Origin: a candidate division WOR-3 bacterium
Lineage (GTDB): Bacteria > Hydrothermota > Tepidihabitantia > Tepidihabitantales > Tepidihabitantaceae
Direction: 5' to 3'
Length of the DNA stretch: 41,632 nt
NCBI GenBank assembly: GCA_037441285.1
Contig: JBBISL010000017.1
Coordinates: forward strand, 1-41,632
The notes under the pieces were generated by a model, which was not told where the DNA came from, searched no databases, and saw only the letters and a list, made by a program, of their open reading frames with translations. A program made the position numbers and the translations under genes. Numbering within the stretch: the first letter of the stretch is position 1; each line of letters begins with the position of its first letter. Positions 26,905 to 36,791 of the stretch are shown in pieces.

Positions 26905-29900
26905 TCATGCCGCTTCCTGTTCTTTCTTTTCTTCTTCCGTTATCAGTTTTATTCGGCTGAACTCCCGGAATCCAGTGCCGGCCGGGACCAATCTACCGAC
27001 TATAACATTTTCCTTCAAACCACGCAGCTTGTCAACTCTTCCCTGAATTGCCGCCTCGGAGAGAACCCGCGTTGTCTCCTGGAAGGAAGCGGCGGACAGG
27101 AAACTATCGGTCAAAAGCGCCGCCCGGGTAATTCCTAAAAGAATCGGCTGGTAACTCGCCGGGCGGAGACCATCGGCAAGCAACCGGTCGTTTTCTTCCA
27201 GCACCCGTCGACGCTCGACAATTTCACCCTCCACAAAGTTGCTGTCGCCAGCATCTTCGATTCGCACCTTACGCAACATCTGTCGGACGATTACCGAAAT
27301 GTGCTTGTCGTTGATTTTCACCTTCTGCAACCGGTAAACTGCCTGAATCTGGTTTGTCAAAAACTCCTGAACCGCCAGCCAGCCCTTCACCCTCAGCACA
27401 TCATGAGGGTCTACCGACCCTTCACACAACTTGTCTCCCGCCTTCACCGTATCACCCGACTTCACCAGCAAAAATTTGCCATAAGGGATTTCATACTCCT
27501 TCACCGCACCACCTTCGGACACAACTCGCACTGTCCGTTTACCTTCCTTGGGTTCCCCGACCTCAACAACCCCATCAATCTCGGAAATTACCGCCGGTGA
27601 TTTAACATGTTTTGCTTCGAACAACTCTGCCACCTTAGGAAGACCGCCCGTAATATCCCGCGTCCGTGCCATCTCCTTGAGTAATCGCGCCAGGATATCG
27701 CCGGCAACAACCTCCTGTCCATCATCCACCACCAGGTAGGCCCCCGCCGGTAACGCATGCGAATCCACTACCTTTCCCTTTTCGTTTACAACCTCCAGCG
27801 CTGGATGCAGTTTTCGTTCCCGGTCATCAACAATGATGCGCTGTTTTTGTTCTGTACGCTCGTCAATATCCTCGCGCAATGTCCGGCCGACTTCGATATC
27901 ACGGTAACGCACTTTACCCTGAGCCCGAGAAAGCAGCGGAATGGAGTAAGGTTCCCACTCAAACAGGACATCATCTTCCTTTACCTCCTCGCCATCCTTC
28001 ACGCGGACCAATGCCCCCTGTGGCACGGTAAACGGCACAACCCGGTCGCCCGCGGTTAAAATCAACCGACCCTGCTCCAGTGCCGTTGCTTCGCCATCAC
28101 TGCGCCGCACGACCACCATACCTTCAAATTTAACTTTCCCGGCAAAACGGGCGGTTGCCTTGGTTTGTTCCGCTACCCGTGCTGCCACTCCGCCCACATG
28201 GAAGGTCTTTAAAGTCAGCTGAGTTCCAGGCTCGCCGATCGACTGGGCGGCGACAATCCCCACCGCTTCGCCAATCTCTACAACCCGTCCGGTCGCCATA
28301 TTCCTGCCATAACACTTAACACACAAGCCGTAAGGAGCCTCGCAGGTTAAAACCGAACGCACCCGCACCATCTCAATCCCGCTCATCTCGATTTCCTCGG
28401 CCGCCTTATCCGTTATCTCTTCGCCCGCCCGAACAATCACCTCACCGGAAACCGGATTGACGATATCATCGAGCGCAAACCGGCCCGCGATTCGTTCGCT
28501 CAACGGCTCAATGACATCGCCCCCTTCCCGTAGCGCCGTAACCTCTTGACCAACAATTGTACCGCAGTCCTCCATAGTAATCACTACATCCTGTGCCACA
28601 TCCACCAGTCGTCGCGTCAAATACCCGGCCTCTGCCGTCTTCAATGCGGTGTCGGTCAATCCCTTACGAGCACCGTGCGTCGAGATAAAGTATTCCCACA
28701 CTGACAGACCTTCCTTAAAGGAACTCTTAATCGGGGTTTCAATCACCTCTTCACCCACCGTGCGCCGCTGCGGTTTTGCCATCAAGCCCCGCATACCACC
28801 CAGCTGTGCTGCCTGGGTACGAGAACCACGCGCGCCGGAGTCAATCAGAATGAAAACCGGGTTGAAACCATCCTGGTCCTTCTGCAACCGCATCATCAAC
28901 GCCTCTTCCACCTCCGCCGTTGCCAGTGTCCAGGTGTTGACAACTTTGTTATACTTCTCTGAATCGGTCATCAGACCCTGTTCGTATGCCCGTTGCACGC
29001 GCCGTACATCATTTTCGCTCTCGCGCAGAATTGCCTCTTTTTCTTCCGGCACCACGATATCATCCATACCGATTGACAACCCTGACCGTGTTGCCATCTC
29101 AAACCCCAAATCTTTCAAATCGTCCAGGAGCCGAACCGTCGCATCCAGCCCTAATATCCGGACACACTTATCAATCAACCCGATAATCTTGTCTTTGGGG
29201 CACACTTCATTAATAAATCTCAACTGCTCGGGCAGCACCTGGTTGAATAAAACCCGGCCGGCGGTTGTTACAAAATCCTTGCCCTGATACCGGAATAATA
29301 TCCACTCATGCAAATCGACCTCACCCAGTTCCTGCGCCGAACGAACCGTGGCAAAGTCGTCAAAGAACCGCAGGCTTCCTTTTGCCGGCGTCTTGCCCCG
29401 CGGTTTCGTCAAGTAATAAATGCCGGCGACGATGTCTTGCGACGGAACCATCAGGGGACGACCGTGTGCTGGCGATAGGATGTTGTGCGACGAGAGCATT
29501 AAAACCGCCCCCTCCAGAACTCCTTCGGGTGTGACCGGTACATGGACCGACATCGTATCACCATCAAAATCGGCATTAAACGGCGGACACACCAATGGAT
29601 GAATCCCGATTGCCCGGTGCTCAGAGAGAACCGGATAGAACGCTTCGATTGAAACCCGATGCAAAGTGGGCGCCCGGTTTAGCAGTACCGGATGTTCGCG
29701 GGTCACCTCTTCCAGCACCTCCCATACCTCCGGCGTTTCCTTCCGATACATACTCTTTGCTCCGCGTTCACTCTCCGCCAGTTTTCGCTCCTCGAGCCGA
29801 CGCAGAATCATCGGCTTGAACAACTCCAGGGCCATCTCTTTGGGCAAACTACACTGATGCAACTTCAGCGTCGGGTCAACGACAATCACCGAGCGACCTG

Positions 29901-30921
29901 AATAATCAACCCGCTTACCCAACAAATTCCGGCGAAAGCGCCCCTGTTTCCCCCGCAACGCCTCACACAGCGACTTGAGTGGTCTATTGCCTCTTCCCCG
30001 AACCGGTCTGGGCCTTGTTTCATTGGAAAACAGCGCATCAACCGCATCCTGAAGCATCCGCTTTTCATTCTTCAAAATTATCTCCGGTGTCCGGATCGAC
30101 ATCAAATGCCGCAACCGATTGTTTCGAACAATCACCCGTTTATAGAGGTCATTTAAATCTGAGGTGGCATACCGTCCTCCCTCAAGCGGTACCAATGGAC
30201 GCAGGTCGGGCGGAATTACGGGGAGAACGTCAAGTATCATCCATTCCGGTTTTGCGCCGGAAGTTCTGAAGGCTTCAACCACCCGCAACCGCCGCAAAAG
30301 ATTAAAGCGCCTTGAACTTTCATGCTTAATGCGCGTCCGTAACTCCGCTGCCAGGTCTTCTAGTTCAATTGCACTCAACAGCCGTTTTAACGCCCCTGCT
30401 CCGGTATCGGCGTCAAAACCTTCATATTTCCCTACCGCCTGGCGGTAATCCTCTTCGGAAATCAACTCCATCCGCTTGTAAGGTGAGCTACCCGGTTCAA
30501 CTACGACATAAACCTCGTAGTTCAAAATCGTCTCCACCTCATTGATTGACAAATCCAGTATTAAACCGATCTTCGATGGCGGAACTTGATAAAACAGAGT
30601 GTGCGCCACAGGCACCACCAGCTCAATATGCCCCATCCGGTAGCGCCGCACCGCGGAACTGGTTACTTCAACACCACAACGGTCGCAAACAATGCCTTTG
30701 TAGCGCACCTTTTTATACTTACCGCAGTTACACTCGTAATCCTTTACCGGACCGAATATCCGCTCGCAGAACAAACCATCCCGTTCTGGCTTCTGGGTTC
30801 GATAATTAATCGTTTCCGGTTTAATAACCTCACCGCTGGACCATTTACGAATCGTCTCGGGCGATGCAATTCTTAAACGCAGCGCATCAAAATCAAATGC
30901 AAACTCTCGCATTGTGCTCAT
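26905..30921 (-). CDS. rpoC: DNA-directed RNA polymerase subunit beta'
   Basis: KPETINYRT, Zn-finger Cys residues, LLGKRVDYSGRSVI, NADFDGD, AAQSIGEPGTQLT, SAASFQET. Confidence 0.99.
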   Translation of the reverse strand: MSTMREFAFDFDALRLRIASPETIRKWSSGEVIKPETINYRTQKPERDGLFCERIFGPVKDYECNCGKYKKVRYKGIVCDRCGVEVTSSAVRRYRMGHIELVVPVAHTLFYQVPPSKIGLILDLSINEVETILNYEVYVVVEPGSSPYKRMELISEEDYRQAVGKYEGFDADTGAGALKRLLSAIELEDLAAELRTRIKHESSRRFNLLRRLRVVEAFRTSGAKPEWMILDVLPVIPPDLRPLVPLEGGRYATSDLNDLYKRVIVRNNRLRHLMSIRTPEIILKNEKRMLQDAVDALFSNETRPRPVRGRGNRPLKSLCEALRGKQGRFRRNLLGKRVDYSGRSVIVVDPTLKLHQCSLPKEMALELFKPMILRRLEERKLAESERGAKSMYRKETPEVWEVLEEVTREHPVLLNRAPTLHRVSIEAFYPVLSEHRAIGIHPLVCPPFNADFDGDTMSVHVPVTPEGVLEGAVLMLSSHNILSPAHGRPLMVPSQDIVAGIYYLTKPRGKTPAKGSLRFFDDFATVRSAQELGEVDLHEWILFRYQGKDFVTTAGRVLFNQVLPEQLRFINEVCPKDKIIGLIDKCVRILGLDATVRLLDDLKDLGFEMATRSGLSIGMDDIVVPEEKEAILRESENDVRRVQRAYEQGLMTDSEKYNKVVNTWTLATAEVEEALMMRLQKDQDGFNPVFILIDSGARGSRTQAAQLGGMRGLMAKPQRRTVGEEVIETPIKSSFKEGLSVWEYFISTHGARKGLTDTALKTAEAGYLTRRLVDVAQDVVITMEDCGTIVGQEVTALREGGDVIEPLSERIAGRFALDDIVNPVSGEVIVRAGEEITDKAAEEIEMSGIEMVRVRSVLTCEAPYGLCVKCYGRNMATGRVVEIGEAVGIVAAQSIGEPGTQLTLKTFHVGGVAARVAEQTKATARFAGKVKFEGMVVVRRSDGEATALEQGRLILTAGDRVVPFTVPQGALVRVKDGEEVKEDDVLFEWEPYSIPLLSRAQGKVRYRDIEVGRTLREDIDERTEQKQRIIVDDRERKLHPALEVVNEKGKVVDSHALPAGAYLVVDDGQEVVAGDILARLLKEMARTRDITGGLPKVAELFEAKHVKSPAVISEIDGVVEVGEPKEGKRTVRVVSEGGAVKEYEIPYGKFLLVKSGDTVKAGDKLCEGSVDPHDVLRVKGWLAVQEFLTNQIQAVYRLQKVKINDKHISVIVRQMLRKVRIEDAGDSNFVEGEIVERRRVLEENDRLLADGLRPASYQPILLGITRAALLTDSFLSAASFQETTRVLSEAAIQGRVDKLRGLKENVIVGRLVPAGTGFREFSRIKLITEEEKKEQEAA

Positions 30922-30924
30922 ACC

Positions 30925-33900
30925 TTATGCCTCCCCCTTCTCGCCCTTCTTTTCCTGCTCTGGCACCAGTTCCAATCCCAATCCCTGCAACTCCTTTACC
31001 AGCACCATAAATGATGCCGGTGCTTTGGGCTTGGGTGGATTCTTGCCGCGTGCCAGCGCCTCGTAAAGTGCGCTTCGCCCTTCGACATCATCGGACTTAA
31101 TTGTCAGTACTTCCTGAAGGGCATGAGCCGCTCCATATGCTTCGAGTGCCCACACTTCCATCTCGCCAAACCGCTGGCCCCCGAACTGTGCCTTGCCGCC
31201 TAAAGGCTGCTGGGTAATCAATGAATAACGACCGGTCGAGCGGGCATGAATCTTATCGTCAACCATATGAATAAGTTTCATCATATACATCACACCCACC
31301 GTCACCTTGCCCTCAAATCGCTCACCAGTGCGGCCATCGTAAAGCACCACCTTACCATCTTCTGGCAGTCCCGCTTTGCGCAACTCCTCTTTAATTTCTT
31401 CGGGCGTTGCGCTTTCGAACACCGGACACACCGCCTGGTATCCTAAAATCTTCGCCGCCCAACCCAGATGCGCCTCAAGCACCTGCCCAATGTTCATTCG
31501 GGAAGGCACACCAAGCGGATTCAACACCATATCAACCGCGACCCCCCGCATCTCCTTCAAAGTGGCAGAAACCTTCTCCTGTCCCGGGTCTACCGAAAGA
31601 AATGGCATATCCTCAACCGGTAAGACCTTCGCCACGACACCTTTATTACCGTGGCGCCCCGCCATTTTGTCACCCACCGATAGTCGCCGCTTCTGGGCAA
31701 TGAAAACCGTAACCCAGCGCAGCACCCCGTGCGGCAACTCATCACCGCGCGTAACCCGCTCCGCCTCATCATCGCGCTCCTGCTTTGCTTGCGCCACCGC
31801 TTCCTCATACTCTTCGAGCGCTTTGTTTATCTGTTCCTGAAGCCGCGGATTCGAAACCAGTTGGGCAAAGTTTACCACGCTCGGGAAATCTTCCATATTC
31901 AGAAACTCATCATCCATCACCAAACCGGCTTTATGTACAACTTTCCCGCTCCGCGTCTTGGCGTTTGCTGCCGCCTTGTGGCCCCGGAGAATTGAACGCA
32001 ACTTTTCATCCCGACGCTCGGCAAAAAACTCCTTTTTGACCTCAAATTTACGATTCGCCTCCTCAATACGCTCTCTTTCCAGCCTTCGGGAAAGCGGATC
32101 ATTCAATTTGCGGGAAAGAATTCGGCGTTCGACGACCGTACCAAAAACCCCGGGTTCTACCCGCAGTGAACTATCGCGCACATTAGCCGCCTTCTCTCCA
32201 AAAATCGCCCGTAACAACCTTTCCTCCGGGGTGTACTCGGTCTCGCCTTTGGGCGTAATTCTGCCCACTAAAATATCGCCCGGGCCCACCTCAGCGCCAA
32301 CCCGAACAATGCCAAACTCATCGAGATTCCGAAGCTCATCCTCACTGGCACCAGGAATATCCCGGGTAATGATCTCGGGTCCCAGTCTTGTCTCCCGAGC
32401 CTGAATTTCAAACTCAAGAATTTGAATTGATGTAAAAGCATCCTCTTTCAGCAGATTTTCCGAGACGATAATCGCATCTTCATAATTGTAGCCACGCCAA
32501 GGTACAAATGCGACCAGAACATTTCGCCCGAGCGCCAGTTGGCCACCATCGGTCGCTGGACCATCAGCCAGAATATCACCCTTTTTCACCTCGTCGCCCG
32601 GTCGAACCACCGGTCGCTGCGTAAGGCAGGTGTACTGATTTGACTTTCGGAACTTTGTCAGACGGTACTCCTTCAATCCGCTCTCCGTCCGCATTGTAAT
32701 CGTGCGGGCATCAACTTGCGTCACAATACCATCTTCTTCCGCAAGCAACACCGCTCCTGACTCACTGGCAAACTTTCCTTCAACCCCGGTTGCTACAACT
32801 GGCTTTTCCGGCACCAGCAGCGGGACCGCTTGCCGCTGCATATTCGCTCCCATCAAAGCACGGTCGGCATCGTCATGCTCGAGAAACGGAATCATCACCG
32901 TCGAAGGGGCAAACAACTGCTTGGGTGAAACATCCATAAAATCGACCTGGTCTGGTGGCACACTTATCACATCACCCCGGCGCCGGCAGATGACCTCTTT
33001 TTCCGCAAACTGTCCATCGGGCAGGAGTTCGCTCGTGTATTGAGCGATTGTATAGCGGTCCTCCTCTTCAGGAGTGAGATAAATCTCCTTCCCCTTACCC
33101 ATAATCACCCTACCATCTTTCACCCGCCAGTAAGGTGTGCTGATAAACCCGTAATGGTCAATATCAGCGTATGTTGATACGGTCGCAATCAATCCGATGT
33201 TAGGACCCTCGGGCGTTTCAATAGGACAAATCCTGCCGTAATGTGAGTAGTGGACATCACGCACCTCGAACCCTGCTGTCTCCTTGGTTAACCCACCAGG
33301 ACCAAGAGTGGAAACCCGACGCTTATGGGTCAACTCTGCCAGCGGATTGGTCTGCTCCATAAACTGGCAAAGCTGATTCTGGGTAAAAAACTGCATTATC
33401 GCATTGGCGACAACCCGGGTATTTACCAACTCCTGGGGAACAAGCGCACTGTCTTCGATAAACGCCGCCCGTTCCCTTATGTTCTGGGCGAGTTGTAAGA
33501 GTGCCTGCCGAACCTGATTCTCTAAAAGCTCGCCGACCCGTCGCACCCGGCGACTTCCTAAATGGTCAACATCATCGGTACCGTAACGGACTACATCGCT
33601 ATTGGGTTTGAAGCCATTGGAACGCAATCTACTCTGCGCCTGCTCACCAACCTTACTATCCCAGTAAGTCAAAAGCAATGAGTGCCGATACTGGTCATAG
33701 ATATAACCATCCGGTTGACAATCTCCATCCTTTAAAATTCTTAAAACCCGGTCCCGTTCCTCGGCACTATCGCAAGCCAGAAGAATTGTGAAATACTGAC
33801 TCTCGTCTGCGAGCCGGATAAGATACCTTGTGATGGCAACAATATCTGCCGGAGTCAGGGTCGTAACCTCGTTGGGCGCACTCAAAAATAACCGCCGATT

Positions 33901-34905
33901 TAGTTTATGTCTGCCCACCGCACCCAGGTCAAAACGCCGATTGTCAAACAGCATTCCCAATATCATCTGCTGTGCGATATCAAGCGAATGGGGCGCTATC
34001 GAGCGTAACCGGTAGTAAATCCGCTTAATCGCGTCCTCAGCTGATGTGGAACGGTCTTCTTTGAGCGTATTGACAATAATACCCAGACCAGGCTGTCCCT
34101 GCGGTGCAATCAACCCCCTGGTGATACCACGATTATTGAGCAGCTCAATTAACCCCTCGGTCAGCCGTTCGCCGGCACGAGCATAAACCTCTCCCGTCGT
34201 TGAATCAACAACATCCTGAACCAGAACATCGCCCGGTTGCAGGACACGCTCTTCGGTATAAAAGAGGCTCTTCAGGACATCAACATGGGTCAAGCCAATG
34301 GCGCGAAAGAAAGTCGCCGCCGGAATGCGCCGTTTGCGGTCGAGCAAAACAACGAGTTCACCGCCCTTATCAACGACCATCTCGAACCACGCGCCGCGCA
34401 GGGGTACAAGTAAAGCTGAGACCTCTTCACCTTCCCGGGTGAAGTAAACACCGGGGGAACGATGCAACTGACTGACCACAACCCGTTCCACGCCGTTGAT
34501 GATGAAGGAGCCGCCGCGGGTCATCCAGGGGAACTCGCAGAAATAAACTTCCTGCTCAATAATATCGCGCACCTCATCCGAACCTTTCCCAAACCCTTTT
34601 TTCACCAGCCGGAAAAACACCTTTAAGGGCCGGGAATAAGTTACGCCTCGCGCCGTCGCCTCTTCCGGTGAATAACGGGGGGTGCCAAATTCATAACGGA
34701 CATACTCGAGGCGGAAGTTCTTGTGCTCGTCCTCAATTGGAAACATCTCTCGAAACACCGCCTCCAACCCCTCTACCCGGCGTTCGGCGGGCGCTACATC
34801 AGCCTGGGTAAAGTGCGCGAAAGATTCAACCTGCAAGGAGAGCAAGCTGGGAATCTCCAACGGCGTCTCCCGGTGGGCAAAGTTTTTCTGCATCATTTTC
34901 ACCAC
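30925..34905 (-). CDS. rpoB: DNA-directed RNA polymerase subunit beta
   Basis: ERVVVSQLHRSPG, THKRR.S.LGPGGL, CPIETPEGPNIGL, GDKMAGRHGNKG, GGQRFGEMEVWALE. Start is one of GTG/GTG/ATG/ATG at 34893-34905. Confidence 0.99.
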   Translation of the reverse strand: MVKMMQKNFAHRETPLEIPSLLSLQVESFAHFTQADVAPAERRVEGLEAVFREMFPIEDEHKNFRLEYVRYEFGTPRYSPEEATARGVTYSRPLKVFFRLVKKGFGKGSDEVRDIIEQEVYFCEFPWMTRGGSFIINGVERVVVSQLHRSPGVYFTREGEEVSALLVPLRGAWFEMVVDKGGELVVLLDRKRRIPAATFFRAIGLTHVDVLKSLFYTEERVLQPGDVLVQDVVDSTTGEVYARAGERLTEGLIELLNNRGITRGLIAPQGQPGLGIIVNTLKEDRSTSAEDAIKRIYYRLRSIAPHSLDIAQQMILGMLFDNRRFDLGAVGRHKLNRRLFLSAPNEVTTLTPADIVAITRYLIRLADESQYFTILLACDSAEERDRVLRILKDGDCQPDGYIYDQYRHSLLLTYWDSKVGEQAQSRLRSNGFKPNSDVVRYGTDDVDHLGSRRVRRVGELLENQVRQALLQLAQNIRERAAFIEDSALVPQELVNTRVVANAIMQFFTQNQLCQFMEQTNPLAELTHKRRVSTLGPGGLTKETAGFEVRDVHYSHYGRICPIETPEGPNIGLIATVSTYADIDHYGFISTPYWRVKDGRVIMGKGKEIYLTPEEEDRYTIAQYTSELLPDGQFAEKEVICRRRGDVISVPPDQVDFMDVSPKQLFAPSTVMIPFLEHDDADRALMGANMQRQAVPLLVPEKPVVATGVEGKFASESGAVLLAEEDGIVTQVDARTITMRTESGLKEYRLTKFRKSNQYTCLTQRPVVRPGDEVKKGDILADGPATDGGQLALGRNVLVAFVPWRGYNYEDAIIVSENLLKEDAFTSIQILEFEIQARETRLGPEIITRDIPGASEDELRNLDEFGIVRVGAEVGPGDILVGRITPKGETEYTPEERLLRAIFGEKAANVRDSSLRVEPGVFGTVVERRILSRKLNDPLSRRLERERIEEANRKFEVKKEFFAERRDEKLRSILRGHKAAANAKTRSGKVVHKAGLVMDDEFLNMEDFPSVVNFAQLVSNPRLQEQINKALEEYEEAVAQAKQERDDEAERVTRGDELPHGVLRWVTVFIAQKRRLSVGDKMAGRHGNKGVVAKVLPVEDMPFLSVDPGQEKVSATLKEMRGVAVDMVLNPLGVPSRMNIGQVLEAHLGWAAKILGYQAVCPVFESATPEEIKEELRKAGLPEDGKVVLYDGRTGERFEGKVTVGVMYMMKLIHMVDDKIHARSTGRYSLITQQPLGGKAQFGGQRFGEMEVWALEAYGAAHALQEVLTIKSDDVEGRSALYEALARGKNPPKPKAPASFMVLVKELQGLGLELVPEQEKKGEKGEA

Positions 34906-34925
34906 GCCACCCCCTTAAATTACCA

Positions 34926-34978
34926 AGGCAAAAATTTCTTGCCTCTAAATTCGACCCGGGCAACCAGGTCTGTTGCCC
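34926..34978 (-). promoter_or_regulatory. Two hairpins in the rplL-rpoB spacer (possible attenuator/processing site)
   Basis: mRNA sense GGGCAAC-agacctg-GTTGCCC then AGGCAA-gaaattt-TTGCCT, followed by a weak U-rich tail. Confidence 0.4.
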
Positions 34979-35002
34979 CTGCTCTACGGTGGTTCCGACA
35001 CT

Positions 35003-35398
35003 TCACTTTATTTCCACCTTCGCGCCCACCTCTTCCAGTTTTGCCTTCAGCTTTTCCGCCTCCTCTTTTGTGGCGTTATCTTTTATCACACTTGGCGTTT
35101 TGTCAATGATATCCTTTGCCTCTTTAAGACCCAGCTGCGTCAAAGCCCTGAGCTCCTTCAACACCTGAATCTTCTTGTCCCCGACCGAAACCAGGGTCAC
35201 GGTGAACTCAGTCTTATCCTCAGCCTTCGCTTCACCGGCGGCTGGTGCACCGGCGGCTTGCGGCACCGCTCCGGCCGCAACAAACGCGGGGGCCGTTACC
35301 CCAAACTTATCTTTAAGTTCTTTGACCAGTGCGGCAAGTTCCGTCACGGTCAGGCTCTCAATTGTTGAGACCAACTGCTGGATTTTATCCTCTGCCAT
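35003..35398 (-). CDS. rplL: 50S ribosomal protein L7/L12
   Basis: [34 protein letters not shown] 35398 with AGGAGG RBS. Confidence 0.98.
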   Translation of the reverse strand: MAEDKIQQLVSTIESLTVTELAALVKELKDKFGVTAPAFVAAGAVPQAAGAPAAGEAKAEDKTEFTVTLVSVGDKKIQVLKELRALTQLGLKEAKDIIDKTPSVIKDNATKEEAEKLKAKLEEVGAKVEIK

Positions 35399-35433
35399 AA
35401 ATCCTCCTGTTCTCCTTTTCTTTGCCAAAAATT

Positions 35434-35488
35434 GGGTGCAGACCTGAGTATCTGCTTTGACCTGTTTTCAGGTCAACCGGAAAAACCC
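35434..35488 (-). promoter_or_regulatory. Structured element in the rplJ-rplL spacer
   Basis: Hairpins TTGACCTG-aaaa-CAGGTCAA and GCAGA-tactcagg-TCTGC, enclosed by GGGT...ACCC. Confidence 0.45.
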
Positions 35489-35527
35489 GATATTTTTTAC
35501 CTACACTATCACTTAGAAGCAGCAATT

Positions 35528-36079
35528 TTACTCTCCTGCCGGAACCTCCGATTTCGCCTCGGCTCGAGGGTGGCGGGAAATCTCTTCCAGTGCCCATACC
35601 AGCTCTCCCAACAATCCCTCTAGCACACCAACCAGTCCGGACAGCGGAGAGCTGAGCAATCCCACCAGCTGCGCCCGGACATCCTCTTTTGTGGGCAATG
35701 TTGCGAGCAACTCAAACTGCGATGCTGGATAAATCGTCTTTTCGAGATAAGCACCCTTGAATTTAATCCCGGACACAATTTCCTTCGCCTCTTTCAAAAG
35801 CCGGGCTGGTGCCACCGGGTCTTCGGGTGCAAATATCAACGAGGTCGGACCGCGCAGTATATCGGCAATTGCCCTGGGTACACCGCTCTCCTCGAGCGCC
35901 CGCAGCGCTAAGGTATTTTTCACAACCTTAACCGTTAGATTCTTCTCCCGGGCGCGGCGCCGCAACTCATTAAAATCGTTCGCCGCCACATTGGTAAAGT
36001 CCACGAAAAAAATCGACTGTGCCCGTCCAATCTGGTCTCGTAACTCCTCAACAACCTTAGTCTTTTCTTCTTTTGCCAT
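35528..36079 (-). CDS. rplJ: 50S ribosomal protein L10
   Basis: KVVKNTL, LRGPT, LATLPTKE; position in the rplKAJL cluster. Confidence 0.97.
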   Translation of the reverse strand: MAKEEKTKVVEELRDQIGRAQSIFFVDFTNVAANDFNELRRRAREKNLTVKVVKNTLALRALEESGVPRAIADILRGPTSLIFAPEDPVAPARLLKEAKEIVSGIKFKGAYLEKTIYPASQFELLATLPTKEDVRAQLVGLLSSPLSGLVGVLEGLLGELVWALEEISRHPRAEAKSEVPAGE

Positions 36080-36080
36080 G

Positions 36081-36791
36081 TTACACCTCGCGTCTTACCG
36101 AATCGGTAAACTCTTTTGGGTCAACCCGTACCCCAATACCCATCGTCGAGGAAAGAACAACCTTCCGAATAAACTGCCCCTTGGCACTCGCGGGTTTACT
36201 CCTTATCAACTCCGCCATAAACGAACGAATATTTTCTACCAGTTGTTTCTCATCAAAAGAAACCTTCCCCACCGCCGCATGGACATTGCCCGTTTTGTCC
36301 GTTCGATAACTAATCCGTCCCGCCTTGAGCGCCTTAACTGCCGCCCCGATATCAAAAGTAACCGTCTGGGTTTTCGGGGACGGCATCAACCCTTTAGGTC
36401 CCAGAATTTTACCAAGCCGTCCAACACCCGCCATCGTATCCGGAGTTGCAACCGCCACATCGAAATCGGTCCATCCCGAACTAATCTTTTCAATCAAGTC
36501 CTCAAAGCCCACATAATCGGCACCGGCCGCCTGGGCTTCATCCACCTTATCACCCTTCACAAACGCCAGGACCCGAACCCTTTTCCCCGAACCATGGGGT
36601 AAACTAACCGTACCCGAAACCATCTGGTCCTGCTTTTTCGGGTCAATTCCCAACTTCACCGCCACCTCAACCGACTCATCGAACTTCGCATTGGCATTTT
36701 CCTTTACCAAACGCACCGCTTCATCCAGGGAATAAAGTCGATTCCGGTCCACCTTCTGGCGCAACTGCTCATAGCGCTTACTGTGCCTCAT
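36081..36791 (-). CDS. rplA: 50S ribosomal protein L1
   Basis: [32 protein letters not shown]. Confidence 0.99.
   Translation of the reverse strand: MRHSKRYEQLRQKVDRNRLYSLDEAVRLVKENANAKFDESVEVAVKLGIDPKKQDQMVSGTVSLPHGSGKRVRVLAFVKGDKVDEAQAAGADYVGFEDLIEKISSGWTDFDVAVATPDTMAGVGRLGKILGPKGLMPSPKTQTVTFDIGAAVKALKAGRISYRTDKTGNVHAAVGKVSFDEKQLVENIRSFMAELIRSKPASAKGQFIRKVVLSSTMGIGVRVDPKEFTDSVRREV

Noticed and set aside
27640..28195. Large insert in the RpoC trigger loop
   Set aside because: Matches the known SBHM insertion (SI3/beta'i6) found in many diderm bacteria.
33577..33810. Intein in RpoB
   Set aside because: Too short and lacks the Cys/Ser start and His-Asn end.
35757..36602. 281-aa plus-strand ORF and other long antisense or alternate-frame ORFs (e.g. 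28649-29287, 23581-24213, 16294-16890)
   Set aside because: Shadow ORFs over well-supported genes, with no motifs or start signals.
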